DNA of 64,000 nt, from the NCBI GenBank assembly GCA_033763315.1, contig JANRKS010000034.1, forward strand, positions 320,355-384,354. The letters are read 5' to 3'. The translations under genes and the position numbers were made by a program. Below are positions 17,449-27,579 of this stretch, in pieces (the stretch's first letter is position 1; each line of letters starts with the position of its first letter). This DNA comes from Deltaproteobacteria bacterium. Its GTDB lineage: Bacteria > Myxococcota_A > Polyangia > Fen-1088. A model generated the notes under the pieces. It saw nothing but the letters and a program-made list of their open reading frames with translations. It ran no database searches and was not told where the DNA came from.

Positions 17449-18909
17449 CTAACGCTGAGAGAGTGTGAACACAGATGGTTCGTCCAAAGTGATCCTGAAC
17501 GCCTCGTCATCGCGCCTCAATTGCTTGTCGGCCCGCTCACCGTTGCGGCTGGGCGTTGTGACCGTGAGGTTCCATTGCCCACTTAGCAATCGCCTTCCGA
17601 GTGGGACCTCAACAGTCATAGCGTTGTTGGCGACGCCTACCACAGTGACCCTACCTTTGTGAACGAAGGTTTGCACCGTGAGGTCGGCGTTGTCACTGGT
17701 GGAGGCCACGCGCTGGGCTCCCGGGCGAACAAAGCGATAGAGTTGGCGTTGGGCGTAGAACCTCTTCTTGGGCGCATAGACGTGATTCTCGTTGGCCACC
17801 AGGCCGTAGAAAGTCATCTGCTTGTCGTGATCATGATAATTATCGAAGGCATCCCACCAAAGGCCGGCTGTGGCGCCCATTCCCAATAGATCGAGGATGC
17901 GTTGGGTACCCTTGATACAAAAGCTTGTCCACTCGTTGGCGGCTGAGCGATCTTTGTCGTTCAGGTCGCCGTACTCGCTAATCCAGATGGGTACATCACG
18001 GAAGGCGCTGGCGCCGATACGCTTGAAGTGATCGGCGTAGCCCTCGGCCAACTGGCCGTACTGGTGTAGTGTAAAACGCGCCACCCGTTTCATCAGATCT
18101 GGCTCAGAAAAGATCGGCGAAAAATAGTCTGAACCGGCCCCCGCCTGGTCAGCGAACACGACGTTCACATCTGCCAATCCCTCACGATCGAGAGCGGTCA
18201 GCACCTCTTTCATGAGGCGTGGCGCTTCATCAGGATCCACGCGTGGTCCCTCAATCGGATAACAGTTTGTTTCGTTTAGGGGGCCGAACCATTCAAAGCG
18301 CACCTTTGCTTTGTTCCGCGCGTAGGACGCCAATGCCACAACGGTTTCGGCGAACTCGGCATACATATCGCTACGCAGATGCGAAGGACGGTTGGTGAAG
18401 AGGTGCACTGGGTTCGGCTCTTTGCGACACGTGCCAGGCACCAAAGGCTTGCCCTTGTCGTCCAACATCCAGGCGGGCACTGTGCCGCTGACGTTCAATA
18501 GCACCCGGATGCCCCGTTGATTGAAGGCACGCATGGCCGCCCAAGAGGCCTCGAATGCGGCCGTTGAAAAGCGATCATCGAACACTGACCAGTTGATGTG
18601 GTGCGGATCCCCGTCGTCGTTCTGAATTTCCCAGTCGCTTTGCCCGAACGGATCGAAGCGAACGATCGACGCACCCAGATCGTCGATCAGCAGGTCAAGC
18701 AACCGCTTTTGTGCTTGGCGATAATACACGCCATTGAAGTTGACTCCGAACCCCTCGATCGTTTGGAACCTTTGCGTCGTGTCCACTTTCACGGTGGCCG
18801 TGGCAAATTCGGCTGCAAGTCCGGTTGTTGCGCTTTTTAGGAGAATCGCAGCCATAAGGGCGCCGATTGAAAGGTTCACGCGGCATTTTCGGCGAAACAG
18901 ACTTGCCAT
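17449..18909 (-). CDS. Secreted clan GH-A glycoside hydrolase, GH30-like
   Basis: Signal peptide; QRFQTIEGFG, PAWM, acid/base GPLNE, nucleophile IWISEYG, QLYRFVRPGAQRV; C-terminal beta-sandwich. Confidence 0.8.
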   Translation of the reverse strand: MASLFRRKCRVNLSIGALMAAILLKSATTGLAAEFATATVKVDTTQRFQTIEGFGVNFNGVYYRQAQKRLLDLLIDDLGASIVRFDPFGQSDWEIQNDDGDPHHINWSVFDDRFSTAAFEASWAAMRAFNQRGIRVLLNVSGTVPAWMLDDKGKPLVPGTCRKEPNPVHLFTNRPSHLRSDMYAEFAETVVALASYARNKAKVRFEWFGPLNETNCYPIEGPRVDPDEAPRLMKEVLTALDREGLADVNVVFADQAGAGSDYFSPIFSEPDLMKRVARFTLHQYGQLAEGYADHFKRIGASAFRDVPIWISEYGDLNDKDRSAANEWTSFCIKGTQRILDLLGMGATAGLWWDAFDNYHDHDKQMTFYGLVANENHVYAPKKRFYAQRQLYRFVRPGAQRVASTSDNADLTVQTFVHKGRVTVVGVANNAMTVEVPLGRRLLSGQWNLTVTTPSRNGERADKQLRRDDEAFRITLDEPSVFTLSQR

Positions 18910-19104
18910 CTGACGTGTGTACGCGTTTGGCGCCTTTGTTGCAAGCGCTAGGCGTGGCGGTTGAAGTGGTGATGCCTCGGTTGCTCACTGCGCTAAGCAA
19001 TCTGCGCAGCCTTGCGTGTCTTATCCAACGACGTTGCCAAGAAGACGAAGCGATACGCTTTGAGACGAGACGGCGGCCTGCGCTCGACGTTTCGAGGTAC
19101 CCAT

Positions 19105-20841
19105 ATGAAAGCCCGACAGCCTGTGGTTCTGGGTTTGTTGTTCTGTGTGCTGCCCGTCGGGTGCATGGGGCGCGTGAGCGACCATGGTGAAGCGCTTAAT
19201 GAGGGCGAGTCTGATCCGGCCGCGGGCGCCTCCGGAGGCGCCGCTGGAACATCGCCTTCGGCCGCGGGCGGTCGCTCGCAAACGCCCCCCGTGCCAGAGG
19301 TTCCGGGCCAACCATTCGACGATGGGATCGCGGGCAACTTACGCCGGCTGACCATCCGCGAGTACCGGAATACCATTGTTGATCTGCTGGGTACACCGGA
19401 GTACCTGCTTTACCCCACCGAAGGCTTCGCCCCCGACGGGCGAGCATGGGTTTTCGAGAACAACCGCAACCTACCCACGAGCGCCGCCATCGCCTTTGAC
19501 TATCTGGCGGCGGCAGAGGTGTTTGCCGAAGACAGCGTGACTCATCGTTTCGAAAGCCTGTCTACGTGCGATTTTGCAAAGACGGAAGACGCGTGTGCGA
19601 AGGACTTCGTGGTGCGCGTGGGCCAGCGCGCCTTGCGGCGTCCTTTAACCGACCTCGACACGACCGAATTCATGGCTTTGTACAAGGCAGCGCGTGCCGC
19701 GCCTGAGGCGTCATACAGGGAGGCCACGCGCGTCGTGCTGACGGCTTTCCTGCAAAGTCCCGAGTTTCTCTATCACTTCGAGGTGGGCGATGAACCTCGC
19801 GCGACCACGGCCAGCAAGACGCCATTGACCGATTACGAAGTGGCGTCGCGACTGTCGTATGCGTTTTGGTCCTCGATGCCAGACAGCGAACTGTTTGCGG
19901 CCGCGGCGCGTGGCGAGCTGCGAACGGTGGAGGGCATCACGAAGCAAGTGAATCGCATACTCGCGATGCCACACACGCGCGAAACCCTGATGAATTACTT
20001 CGCGCAGTGGCTCGATTTCGATCACACCATGGAGCTTTACAACAACCCTGCTTATGGTGAGGTCAGACCGTTTATCATTCCTGAGATCAAGGCCTTCATA
20101 CAATCCGTTGTTTTTGACGGTGACGGTCAATTGGCAACGCTGCTCAAGGCTCCCTATTCGTTCCTGAACGAGCCACTGGCGGCGATCTATGGCGTGGACG
20201 GCCTCGAAGGTGACACCTTGAAGCGCACGGCGCTTGATCCCAACCAACGTGCCGGCCTGCTGACGATGCCTGTCTTTCTCGGCAACACTTCCAACCCCGA
20301 CGGTTCGATTCGCCCGGTGATTCGGGGCAAATACGTGCGCCAGCGGTTGCTGTGCCAAGAGATGCCGCCACCACCACCCGAGGCAAACACCAAAGCCCCT
20401 GAGGTCAAAGAAGGGTCGACAACGCGGCAAAGGGTGGAGCAACACGCGGCAGATCCCTTCTGCGCTGGCTGCCACCGCCTGATGGATCCCATCGGTTTGA
20501 TTTTTGACCGTTATGACAGCTTGGGCCGGTATCGGCCGGCTGGTTCTGATGGCACGGACGATCAAGGCGAGCTTGTGGCCACGGATGTAAATGGCAAGGT
20601 CAATGGTGTGCGTCAGTTGGCTGAACGCCTCAGCATGAGCAAGGATGTGCAGGCGTGCGTGGCTTCATCCTGGTTTCGCTTTGCGCTCGGACGCTCGGGG
20701 GAGGATCCATCGGATGAGATGCCGCTGCGCGCTTTCATAGATGCCTTCGCACGTAGTGGTGACATGCGCGGTCTGTTTCGTGGTCTCTCCACCTCCGATG
20801 CATTTCGCTTCATACAAGCACCAAAGGGGCAGTGCCGATGA
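19105..20841 (+). CDS. DUF1587/1595/1592/1588/1585 heme-c lipoprotein, module 1
   Basis: Lipobox PVGC; LRRLT..EYRNTIVDLLG, RALRRPL, LQSPEFLY, YEVASRLSY.FW.SMPD, RAGLL, RGKY.R.RLLCQ..PPPP, CAGCH.LMDPIG, YD.LGRYR. Confidence 0.9.
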   Translation: MKARQPVVLGLLFCVLPVGCMGRVSDHGEALNEGESDPAAGASGGAAGTSPSAAGGRSQTPPVPEVPGQPFDDGIAGNLRRLTIREYRNTIVDLLGTPEYLLYPTEGFAPDGRAWVFENNRNLPTSAAIAFDYLAAAEVFAEDSVTHRFESLSTCDFAKTEDACAKDFVVRVGQRALRRPLTDLDTTEFMALYKAARAAPEASYREATRVVLTAFLQSPEFLYHFEVGDEPRATTASKTPLTDYEVASRLSYAFWSSMPDSELFAAAARGELRTVEGITKQVNRILAMPHTRETLMNYFAQWLDFDHTMELYNNPAYGEVRPFIIPEIKAFIQSVVFDGDGQLATLLKAPYSFLNEPLAAIYGVDGLEGDTLKRTALDPNQRAGLLTMPVFLGNTSNPDGSIRPVIRGKYVRQRLLCQEMPPPPPEANTKAPEVKEGSTTRQRVEQHAADPFCAGCHRLMDPIGLIFDRYDSLGRYRPAGSDGTDDQGELVATDVNGKVNGVRQLAERLSMSKDVQACVASSWFRFALGRSGEDPSDEMPLRAFIDAFARSGDMRGLFRGLSTSDAFRFIQAPKGQCR

Positions 20842-22088
20842 GTCAGCCAATCGTTCGCCGCGATCTTCTACGCATGGCTGGGTTGTCGACCATGGCCTTG
20901 CCGCTCGGCGCTTTATGCCAAAGCGCGAGGGCCGCCGCCGCGTTTCCAAAACGGCTTGTCATTGTGACCAGTGCCAACGGAACGTCGATGCAGCACTTTT
21001 GGCCAACGACGGGCGTCACGGGTAGCCGCATTCTTGAGCCTCTGGCGCCACACGCCAGCAAGCTTGTGGTGATGCGCGGCATCGACGCCGAGTCGGCGCA
21101 CAAAGCGCCTGTGCCTCCAGACCATGATCCCGATTACCGCAACCTGCTTACGGGCTGGCAAGCCGTTCCTCAGGGAACCGATTATGTGATCGCTGGCATC
21201 TCCATTGATCAGCACATTGCCAACGCCGTGGGGCGCCAGACCAAGCTTGCGTCATGGCATCTCGGTGGCGGATCGCGGTTGCATAGCCGCGGCTTCAACC
21301 AGCCCATCGTTTCGGACGAGAACCCCAAAGCGGCGGTCGACCGTTTGTTTGGGGATCTGGCCATCGGTGCGTCTGAGCTCACCAAACAGCGTCGCGAGCG
21401 CGCTGCCGTGATGGACGTGGTCGCGAATCGGATGAAGCGGTTGCGATGCCAATTGGGTGCCGCCGACCAACAAAAGCTTGATGCACATTTCGAAGCCGTG
21501 AACGATGTGCGGCTTCGCACGCAATTGGTCTTGCCCGCGGCCTGTAAAGCGCCCGCCGTGGCCAAGGATATGGATTACCCAACAACCATTCGCACCTTCA
21601 TGGATTTGACTGTGGCGGCTTTGGCGTGTGACGCCACGCGTGTCGTGACCGTTGATCTCGACAATAGCCACACGCAGCATGGCTTCATCGACTACCCGGG
21701 CTTGGATGTGCCGTACCACGCAGGCATTGCCCACGATGGTAGCGTCGACGGCTTTAAGAAGGTGGCCGAGATCGAACGCTGGGTGGCCGCCCAGTTTGCG
21801 TATTTGTTGTCTCGCATGGATGGCGTCAAAGAGGGCGATAAGACCCTTCTCGACAATAGCGTTGTTGTGTGGCTAAAGGAGCAGTCCAATGGCAGCACCC
21901 ATGCGCGACGAGACTATCCTGTGGTGCTGGCGGGAGGCGGCGCCGGCGCCATACGAACAGGTCGAACCCTGCATGCCCAGGGCAAACCACACAGTGGCTT
22001 GTTGATCTCCTTGGCCAACGCGATGGATGTGCCAACCAAAACGTTTGGCGATCCACAGTTTTCGAACGGGCCCCTGCCCGGGTTGTAA
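20838..22088 (+). CDS. DUF1552 (HxxSH-type) Tat-exported protein, module 1
   Basis: VRRDLL Tat motif; PKRLV, LEPL, SIDQ.IA, KLDAH, ACDATRV, YHAGIAH, TLLDNS, GSTH, PVVLAGG; ATGA coupled to the upstream gene. Confidence 0.9.
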   Translation: MSQPIVRRDLLRMAGLSTMALPLGALCQSARAAAAFPKRLVIVTSANGTSMQHFWPTTGVTGSRILEPLAPHASKLVVMRGIDAESAHKAPVPPDHDPDYRNLLTGWQAVPQGTDYVIAGISIDQHIANAVGRQTKLASWHLGGGSRLHSRGFNQPIVSDENPKAAVDRLFGDLAIGASELTKQRRERAAVMDVVANRMKRLRCQLGAADQQKLDAHFEAVNDVRLRTQLVLPAACKAPAVAKDMDYPTTIRTFMDLTVAALACDATRVVTVDLDNSHTQHGFIDYPGLDVPYHAGIAHDGSVDGFKKVAEIERWVAAQFAYLLSRMDGVKEGDKTLLDNSVVVWLKEQSNGSTHARRDYPVVLAGGGAGAIRTGRTLHAQGKPHSGLLISLANAMDVPTKTFGDPQFSNGPLPGL

Positions 22089-22157
22089 CGCCGTTTTTGC
22101 CTGCAGAGCTAGTCATTTCCCGCAGCAAAAGGACGCCGTCGCCTCGGATGACTTAGC

Positions 22158-22171
22158 TCAACACTCGTTAC
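22158..22171. promoter_or_regulatory. Candidate operator TCAAC-ACTC-GTTAC (TTAAC-N4-GTTAA family)
   Basis: Intergenic, about 50 bp upstream of the esterase/module-2 genes; 2 mismatches to consensus. Confidence 0.45.
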
Positions 22172-22221
22172 ATTCTATACGTGCTCATCGCGATCCATTT
22201 TCGCCTGTGGCGGCAGCAAGG

Positions 22222-23322
22222 ATGTTCATGCGCTTCCGAAAGAATGCACTTCGTGTATTGTTAACAGTGGTTATCTGGGGCGGGCTGGTTGGGCTTTGGG
22301 CGTGCGCTTCGTCAACGGAGTCCTGTAGTGGCGACTGTGAAGAAGGTGGTCAGACGGGAGAAGGTGGGCAAGGCGGCGAGGGTGGCTTTGGTTCCGGTGG
22401 CTCGAGTGAGCAAGGCGGAAAAGGGGGGAACGCCACGGGCGGCAGCGCGGCCTCAAGCGCTGGCAAAGGCGGCACACCAGCCGGTGGCAACGGCACATCC
22501 TCCGGCGGCAGCGGCACATCCTCCGGCGGCAACGCCGGCAGCGTTCCCGATGCGGGCGTCGGCGGAAGCTCACCCGATGGTGGCGCGATCAACAACGATC
22601 CGAAGTCGAAGAATTGGGTGTTCTTGCTGTTGGGGCAGTCGAATATGGCGGGGTCATCTCCCATGGAGAAGGAGGATCAGTCGGCGCCCGCGCGGGTTTG
22701 GAAATTGAGCCGGGACAAAGTCTGGGTGCCTGGGGCCGAAGGCTCGAACATCAACCCCTACGTTAAATTCACACCGACCAACTATTTTTCTCCCCTGGGG
22801 GAAGACAGCTTGAGCCCCAGCCGAACGTTCGCCATGGATGTTCTGGCCAGCACTTCAGACGCGGCCGTCAACATCTACATTGTGAACGCCGCCGTCAGCG
22901 GTTCGGCCATCGAAAGCTGGGAACCTGGCAAAGGTGAGAATTACCAGTTCATGTTGCCCTACCTCGAGGAGGCAATGAAGAAGGGTGTTGTGCGAGGGTT
23001 CCTCTGGCACCAGGGTGAGGCAAATGGCGGGATGGCTTCGCGCACCTACGCCGATCGACTCAAAGCCATCTTGGCCGCCATTCGCGCCAAGGTTGCGGAT
23101 CCTTTGCTGCCCATGGTGGCAGGCCAGGTGGGCATCACGGCCGATGGTAACGTCAACGGCGCATTGAATCTCATAAAGCAGGAGGATGCCCGGTTCGGCA
23201 TCGCCTCGTGCGTGGGCCTGACAAAGAAGGTGCCCGGCGACGCTCATTACAGCTCGAGTTCAGAACGCGAATTTGGCAAGCGCTACGCCGCCGCGTGGCT
23301 CGCAATCCAATCGAAACCCTAA
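22222..23322 (+). CDS. Lipoprotein carbohydrate acetylesterase (SASA/CE6-like SGNH) with Gly-rich linker
   Basis: Lipobox LWAC; Gly/Ser linker; FLLLGQSNMAG, GFLWHQGE, GDAHY, GKRYA. Confidence 0.85.
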   Translation: MFMRFRKNALRVLLTVVIWGGLVGLWACASSTESCSGDCEEGGQTGEGGQGGEGGFGSGGSSEQGGKGGNATGGSAASSAGKGGTPAGGNGTSSGGSGTSSGGNAGSVPDAGVGGSSPDGGAINNDPKSKNWVFLLLGQSNMAGSSPMEKEDQSAPARVWKLSRDKVWVPGAEGSNINPYVKFTPTNYFSPLGEDSLSPSRTFAMDVLASTSDAAVNIYIVNAAVSGSAIESWEPGKGENYQFMLPYLEEAMKKGVVRGFLWHQGEANGGMASRTYADRLKAILAAIRAKVADPLLPMVAGQVGITADGNVNGALNLIKQEDARFGIASCVGLTKKVPGDAHYSSSSEREFGKRYAAAWLAIQSKP

Positions 23323-23337
23323 TTAGAGGAAGATCGA

Positions 23338-25008
23338 ATGCAGTTTCAACCTCGGTACATACTATGGGTGTCGGCACTGGCTGCCGCGTGTTCTGGCTCG
23401 GTGTCCGGTCCGGGTTCGGGAAATGGTGGTCAAGACGATGGCGAGGGCGGTGAGGGCGGGGGCAGCCTGCCGCCTGAAGTTGCCGAGGCGTGCTCAGATC
23501 AACCGAACGTTGGTCCGAGCAAGTGGCGACGTCTTTCCACCACACAATACAAGAACGCGGTCACCGACCTGCTTGGCGTTGCACCGGATACAAAAGGGTT
23601 CTTGTTCGATTCCACCACGGGGCCATTCGCCACCAATACGACGCTGAATCCACAAGATGTGGACATCGCACAGTACGCTTCGGCGGCAGAGGCATTGGCT
23701 GCCAAAGCCACGGCCGATGTCAACAAGCTCATCGATTGCGATCCCCGCACGCAAACCGAGGATGCATGCGCAAACCGCTTCATCGACAACTTTGCCACGC
23801 GTGCCTTTCGTAGGCCGATCGAATCGACCGAGCAAAGCAGGCTTCGCGAGCTCTACAAGCTTGGAAAAGCGCAGAGCTTCACCGACGGCATTCGTTTGGT
23901 TTTGCAGGCCATCCTGCAATCGCCGAGCTTCTTGTACCTGGTTGAGCGCGGCCAAGGCGATGGCAAAGGCATCGTACCGCTGACCGACTATGAGGTTGCG
24001 GCACGCCTTTCGTTTACGCTCACGGCCACTTTACCTGACAGTCAATTGCTTGCGGCTGCCAAGGACAAAAAGCTTTCAACCGCGCAAGGCCTTCGATCAG
24101 AGGCCATGCGCCTGATGAATTCGCCCCGCTTTAACGAAGCCTCTATCACGTTTGCCACAGAGCTACTGGGCTTGCCCTCACTCACGCGCAGCGGATTTGT
24201 CACCAAATCGGGCGGCGATGCGGCCACGTTCGACGATTCGATGCGACAGGCGATGCTGGACGAGCCGAGAAAGTTCGTGGATTACGTGATGAACAAGGGC
24301 AGCGGTACGGTGGAAGAGCTGTTCTCGGCGCCATACGTTTTTCCCGCCGGCCCCTTAACCAAAATCTACGGCCCTTCGCTTTCGCCTGATGGTGACGGAC
24401 GCGCGGTGATCTCCGACGGCTCACGTCTGGGCCTGTTGAGCCTGGCTGGTGTGCAAGCAAGTCATCCGCACGTGCCCACAATTTATGGTGCGGTGGTTCG
24501 CGGCAATCTTGTCCGTCGCGAACTGTTGTGCATGACAATCCCACCGCCCAATGTGGCTGTGAAATTTGAGGCACCCCCCAATGCGAGTCAAATGTCGCCA
24601 CAACAGCTGCTGCGAGCGCATCAGGACAACGACACATGCCGTCCCTGTCACGAGCTGATGGACCCCATCGGCTTTGGCCTTGAACGCTACGATGGCGTAG
24701 GAAGGCTAAAAGAAAAGAATGGCGATGGTTCGCAAGTGGATTCGTCCGGCGAGATTTTAGGTCTCGAGAACGAATACAAATTCTCTGACACACAAGAGCT
24801 TTTGAAGACGTTGGCGACCATGCCAGAAGTCAGACGCTGCATGGCAACTCAACTTGTACGCTTCTCACTTGCACGCGAACCAGACGACGCGGATGCGTGT
24901 GCTGCACGGAAGCTGCAAAGCGTTCTTGCCGACGGCAAGGGCAATCTTCGAGACGCCATTTTGACCCTCGTCACGAGCGATGCATTTCGATATCGAAAAG
25001 GGGAATGA
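23338..25008 (+). CDS. DUF1592/1588-family heme-c lipoprotein, module 2
   Basis: GAGGA RBS; lipobox AAAC; WRRLS..QY.N...DLLG, RAFRRP, LQSPSFLY, RELLC..IPPP, CRPCH.LMDPIG. Confidence 0.9.
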   Translation: MQFQPRYILWVSALAAACSGSVSGPGSGNGGQDDGEGGEGGGSLPPEVAEACSDQPNVGPSKWRRLSTTQYKNAVTDLLGVAPDTKGFLFDSTTGPFATNTTLNPQDVDIAQYASAAEALAAKATADVNKLIDCDPRTQTEDACANRFIDNFATRAFRRPIESTEQSRLRELYKLGKAQSFTDGIRLVLQAILQSPSFLYLVERGQGDGKGIVPLTDYEVAARLSFTLTATLPDSQLLAAAKDKKLSTAQGLRSEAMRLMNSPRFNEASITFATELLGLPSLTRSGFVTKSGGDAATFDDSMRQAMLDEPRKFVDYVMNKGSGTVEELFSAPYVFPAGPLTKIYGPSLSPDGDGRAVISDGSRLGLLSLAGVQASHPHVPTIYGAVVRGNLVRRELLCMTIPPPNVAVKFEAPPNASQMSPQQLLRAHQDNDTCRPCHELMDPIGFGLERYDGVGRLKEKNGDGSQVDSSGEILGLENEYKFSDTQELLKTLATMPEVRRCMATQLVRFSLAREPDDADACAARKLQSVLADGKGNLRDAILTLVTSDAFRYRKGE

Positions 25009-26381
25009 AGATGTACCTCAACGGAATTTCTCGTCGAAAGTTTGTCGCTGCCCTCGGTGCTGCTGGTGCGGCCAGCCGATTGGCACCGTTTTTACCTCAC
25101 GCTGTCCGCGCTGAGGGCGCGCCAAAGCGGCTCTTGGTTGTGTTTTCACCCATGGGCTACTTGGAGAACTCGTTTTGGCCCACAGTGAACGGTTCCGACT
25201 TCACGCTTGGCGAAACGATGTCGGTGCTCCAGCCTTACAAGAGCAAATTGCTTTACCCCGATGGCCTCATGGTCTATGGCGCGCAGTGGTTCTTCAAGAA
25301 CGACGACAACGAACACGCTTCGGGCCAATCGATGGTTTTTACTGGGTCGAAGAAAGATGGGTTTTCCACGGGCCCGTCTGTTGACCATGCGGTTGCGGAC
25401 TTCGTCTACGCACAGACGAAAACCAAGTTTCGTCACCTGGCCTTGGGCGTGAACGCCCCGTCTCCTGTGCCACATAACGCGTGCTTCTTCTCAAAAGCGC
25501 AAACGCCGGTCAATGCGCAAAACAGTCCCGCGTCGGCGTTCGATATGGTTTTCAAAGACTGGACTCCCCCGAGCGCAGGCACGCCCATTGACACAACCGC
25601 CATCGATCGTGCGCGCAAACAAAGCCAAAGCGTCATTGACTTTGTCAAAGGCGATCTCGATCGCCTAAAGGGCGTCGCGGGCAAGGACGATCAAGAAAAG
25701 GTTGCCGCCCACTTGGATGGCATTCGCATGCTTGAGGCCCGCCTATCCCAATCTGGCGGCGGCAGCCCTGGGGCGGCCTGCACCAAGCCGAATGCACCTT
25801 CGGGGGCCGGCTTGTCAGGGCAGGTTGAAGCACAAATGGATGTCATTACAGCTGCATTTGCGTGTGACCTCACCCGCGTCGCCTCGCTTCAACTAGGCTT
25901 TTGCGACGGTGGCCTGGAGGAGATCCCTGGGCTCAATCATCACGACGTGACACACGCGGTTGGCGACACCAAAGGCGCACAAACTGTGCTCGACAACCAT
26001 AAGAAGATCGATCGGTGGTACGCCGATCGGTGGTTGCATTTGCTCACGAAGATGGATTCGATCAAAGAGGGCAACGGCACGTTGCTCGACAACACCCTTA
26101 TTCTCTTTGGCTCGGACACCACCACGGGGCAATCCTTGGAACTGTCCCCGCACTTGCACTGGCGGTTTCCGTTGTGGCTTGCCGGTGGATCCAATTTCGC
26201 GTTCAAAACGGGTCGCACCATCAAGTTGCCCCAGCCGAGGGGCATGGGCAGTCCAGCACAGTCTGCTCAATGGGTGGTTCACAATCGTTTGTTGACCTCG
26301 ATTTGCAGGGCCTTCGGGATGGATGTTGATACGTTTGGCACCAACGATCCCGGTAAGGGGCCGCTGACGCAGCTAGGGTAA
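25005..26381 (+). CDS. DUF1552 Tat-exported protein, module 2
   Basis: SRRKFV Tat motif; PKRLL, NEH, SVDH, ACDLTRVASLQ, HHDVTH, TLLDNTL, PLWLAGG; ATGA coupled. Confidence 0.9.
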   Translation: MKMYLNGISRRKFVAALGAAGAASRLAPFLPHAVRAEGAPKRLLVVFSPMGYLENSFWPTVNGSDFTLGETMSVLQPYKSKLLYPDGLMVYGAQWFFKNDDNEHASGQSMVFTGSKKDGFSTGPSVDHAVADFVYAQTKTKFRHLALGVNAPSPVPHNACFFSKAQTPVNAQNSPASAFDMVFKDWTPPSAGTPIDTTAIDRARKQSQSVIDFVKGDLDRLKGVAGKDDQEKVAAHLDGIRMLEARLSQSGGGSPGAACTKPNAPSGAGLSGQVEAQMDVITAAFACDLTRVASLQLGFCDGGLEEIPGLNHHDVTHAVGDTKGAQTVLDNHKKIDRWYADRWLHLLTKMDSIKEGNGTLLDNTLILFGSDTTTGQSLELSPHLHWRFPLWLAGGSNFAFKTGRTIKLPQPRGMGSPAQSAQWVVHNRLLTSICRAFGMDVDTFGTNDPGKGPLTQLG

Positions 26382-26583
26382 AGCTGAATCACGATTGGAT
26401 GCAGAGCTGGGATGCCAGCCAACGCTGCTCATCGAGCCTGCCTCGGACTGAAAAAACAGGACGCTCGGGCATAACTGCCACCGTCACCTCAGAAATGTGA
26501 GGCGACAAGTGGCCGTCTGTGGGACCTTCGGCGGCGTGTGCCACGCTTTTCGCCAGGCACATGTTTTGCTTCGGGCTCAACAG

Positions 26584-27495
26584 ATGAAGTTCATGATCAA
26601 TTTTCGTATCACGTGCCTGTGTTTGTTGGCATGTGGGGCATGCACCGAGGATTCCAACGACATCGGGGAGAAACGTGACGCCGGCGCCGTTTCCGACGCC
26701 GCCACAGATTCCTCCAAGATCTCGGACGCGCAATCGGGCGACTCAAGCCCGCCTAAACAGGACGCCAGCGGTGATACCGACGCAAGCCAGTACACCGCCG
26801 TTGTGGGCGCGAGGTGTGCATTGCCCAACCGTTTGGGGGCCATTGAGGTGCAGACGGTCCAAGGCAAGCTTTACGCCTCGTCATCGGTCTTCACTGAAAA
26901 GAACCCAGGCCTCGGAAGCTGGAAAGTGCAGGACAGCGATTGTCGCTTTCACCAACAGTCCCCGCAGCCCACACCGTTTATGCCGAAACGCCCCAAAGAC
27001 GCCAAGCTTGTGCTTGTCGCCAACGGGCAAGAACAAACGTTCCTGGCAGGTTCCGAGCGAGGGGAGATCGATGGCGAGATAATCCTACCGGGCCAAGCAT
27101 TTTCAGGCCGCTTCTCGTGGTCGGGAGTCACCGTCTCCTTCCCGGCCATCACGGTGCCAGCGGAGCTTGTGGGGCTCAAGGGTAAACTGAAGGGATCGAG
27201 CGAGTCGCCTGAACAGCTAGACATCACCTGGGACAAGCCCAACGCCAATTCACAAGTTCACACCATTGTCCCCATCAATCACCACGCGGGGGGCGATACC
27301 TTCACCGAATGCGACGTACCTTCAAGCAAGGGAAATCTTAAAGTGGCGGGGGCGATGTTGAAGCCGTTGGCGGTGATCACAGGGCTTGAGTTTCAAGGCA
27401 TCAACCACGTCCGCTTTGCAGCGGCGGAAACACCTTTAGGGTGCATTGAGATCCAATTCTTCACGCGGTTCATTGGCATGCCGCCCGCGCCCTAG
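26584..27495 (+). CDS. Hypothetical lipoprotein
   Basis: Lipobox-like LLACGAC; DAG/DA-rich linker; several Cys; QVH..VPINHHAG motif. Confidence 0.7.
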   Translation: MKFMINFRITCLCLLACGACTEDSNDIGEKRDAGAVSDAATDSSKISDAQSGDSSPPKQDASGDTDASQYTAVVGARCALPNRLGAIEVQTVQGKLYASSSVFTEKNPGLGSWKVQDSDCRFHQQSPQPTPFMPKRPKDAKLVLVANGQEQTFLAGSERGEIDGEIILPGQAFSGRFSWSGVTVSFPAITVPAELVGLKGKLKGSSESPEQLDITWDKPNANSQVHTIVPINHHAGGDTFTECDVPSSKGNLKVAGAMLKPLAVITGLEFQGINHVRFAAAETPLGCIEIQFFTRFIGMPPAP

Positions 27496-27579
27496 CAGGC
27501 TTGGCATCACCCGTGGCCCACGCTGTCTGGGCCGAACGTACCCGTGGCATGGCTGCCGTTCCAAGGTCAACCCCACCTC

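Noticed and set aside
22491-22531. 21-bp-period tandem duplication CGGCACATCCTCCGGCGGCA
   Set aside because: Two copies within a Gly/Ser linker; ordinary linker expansion.
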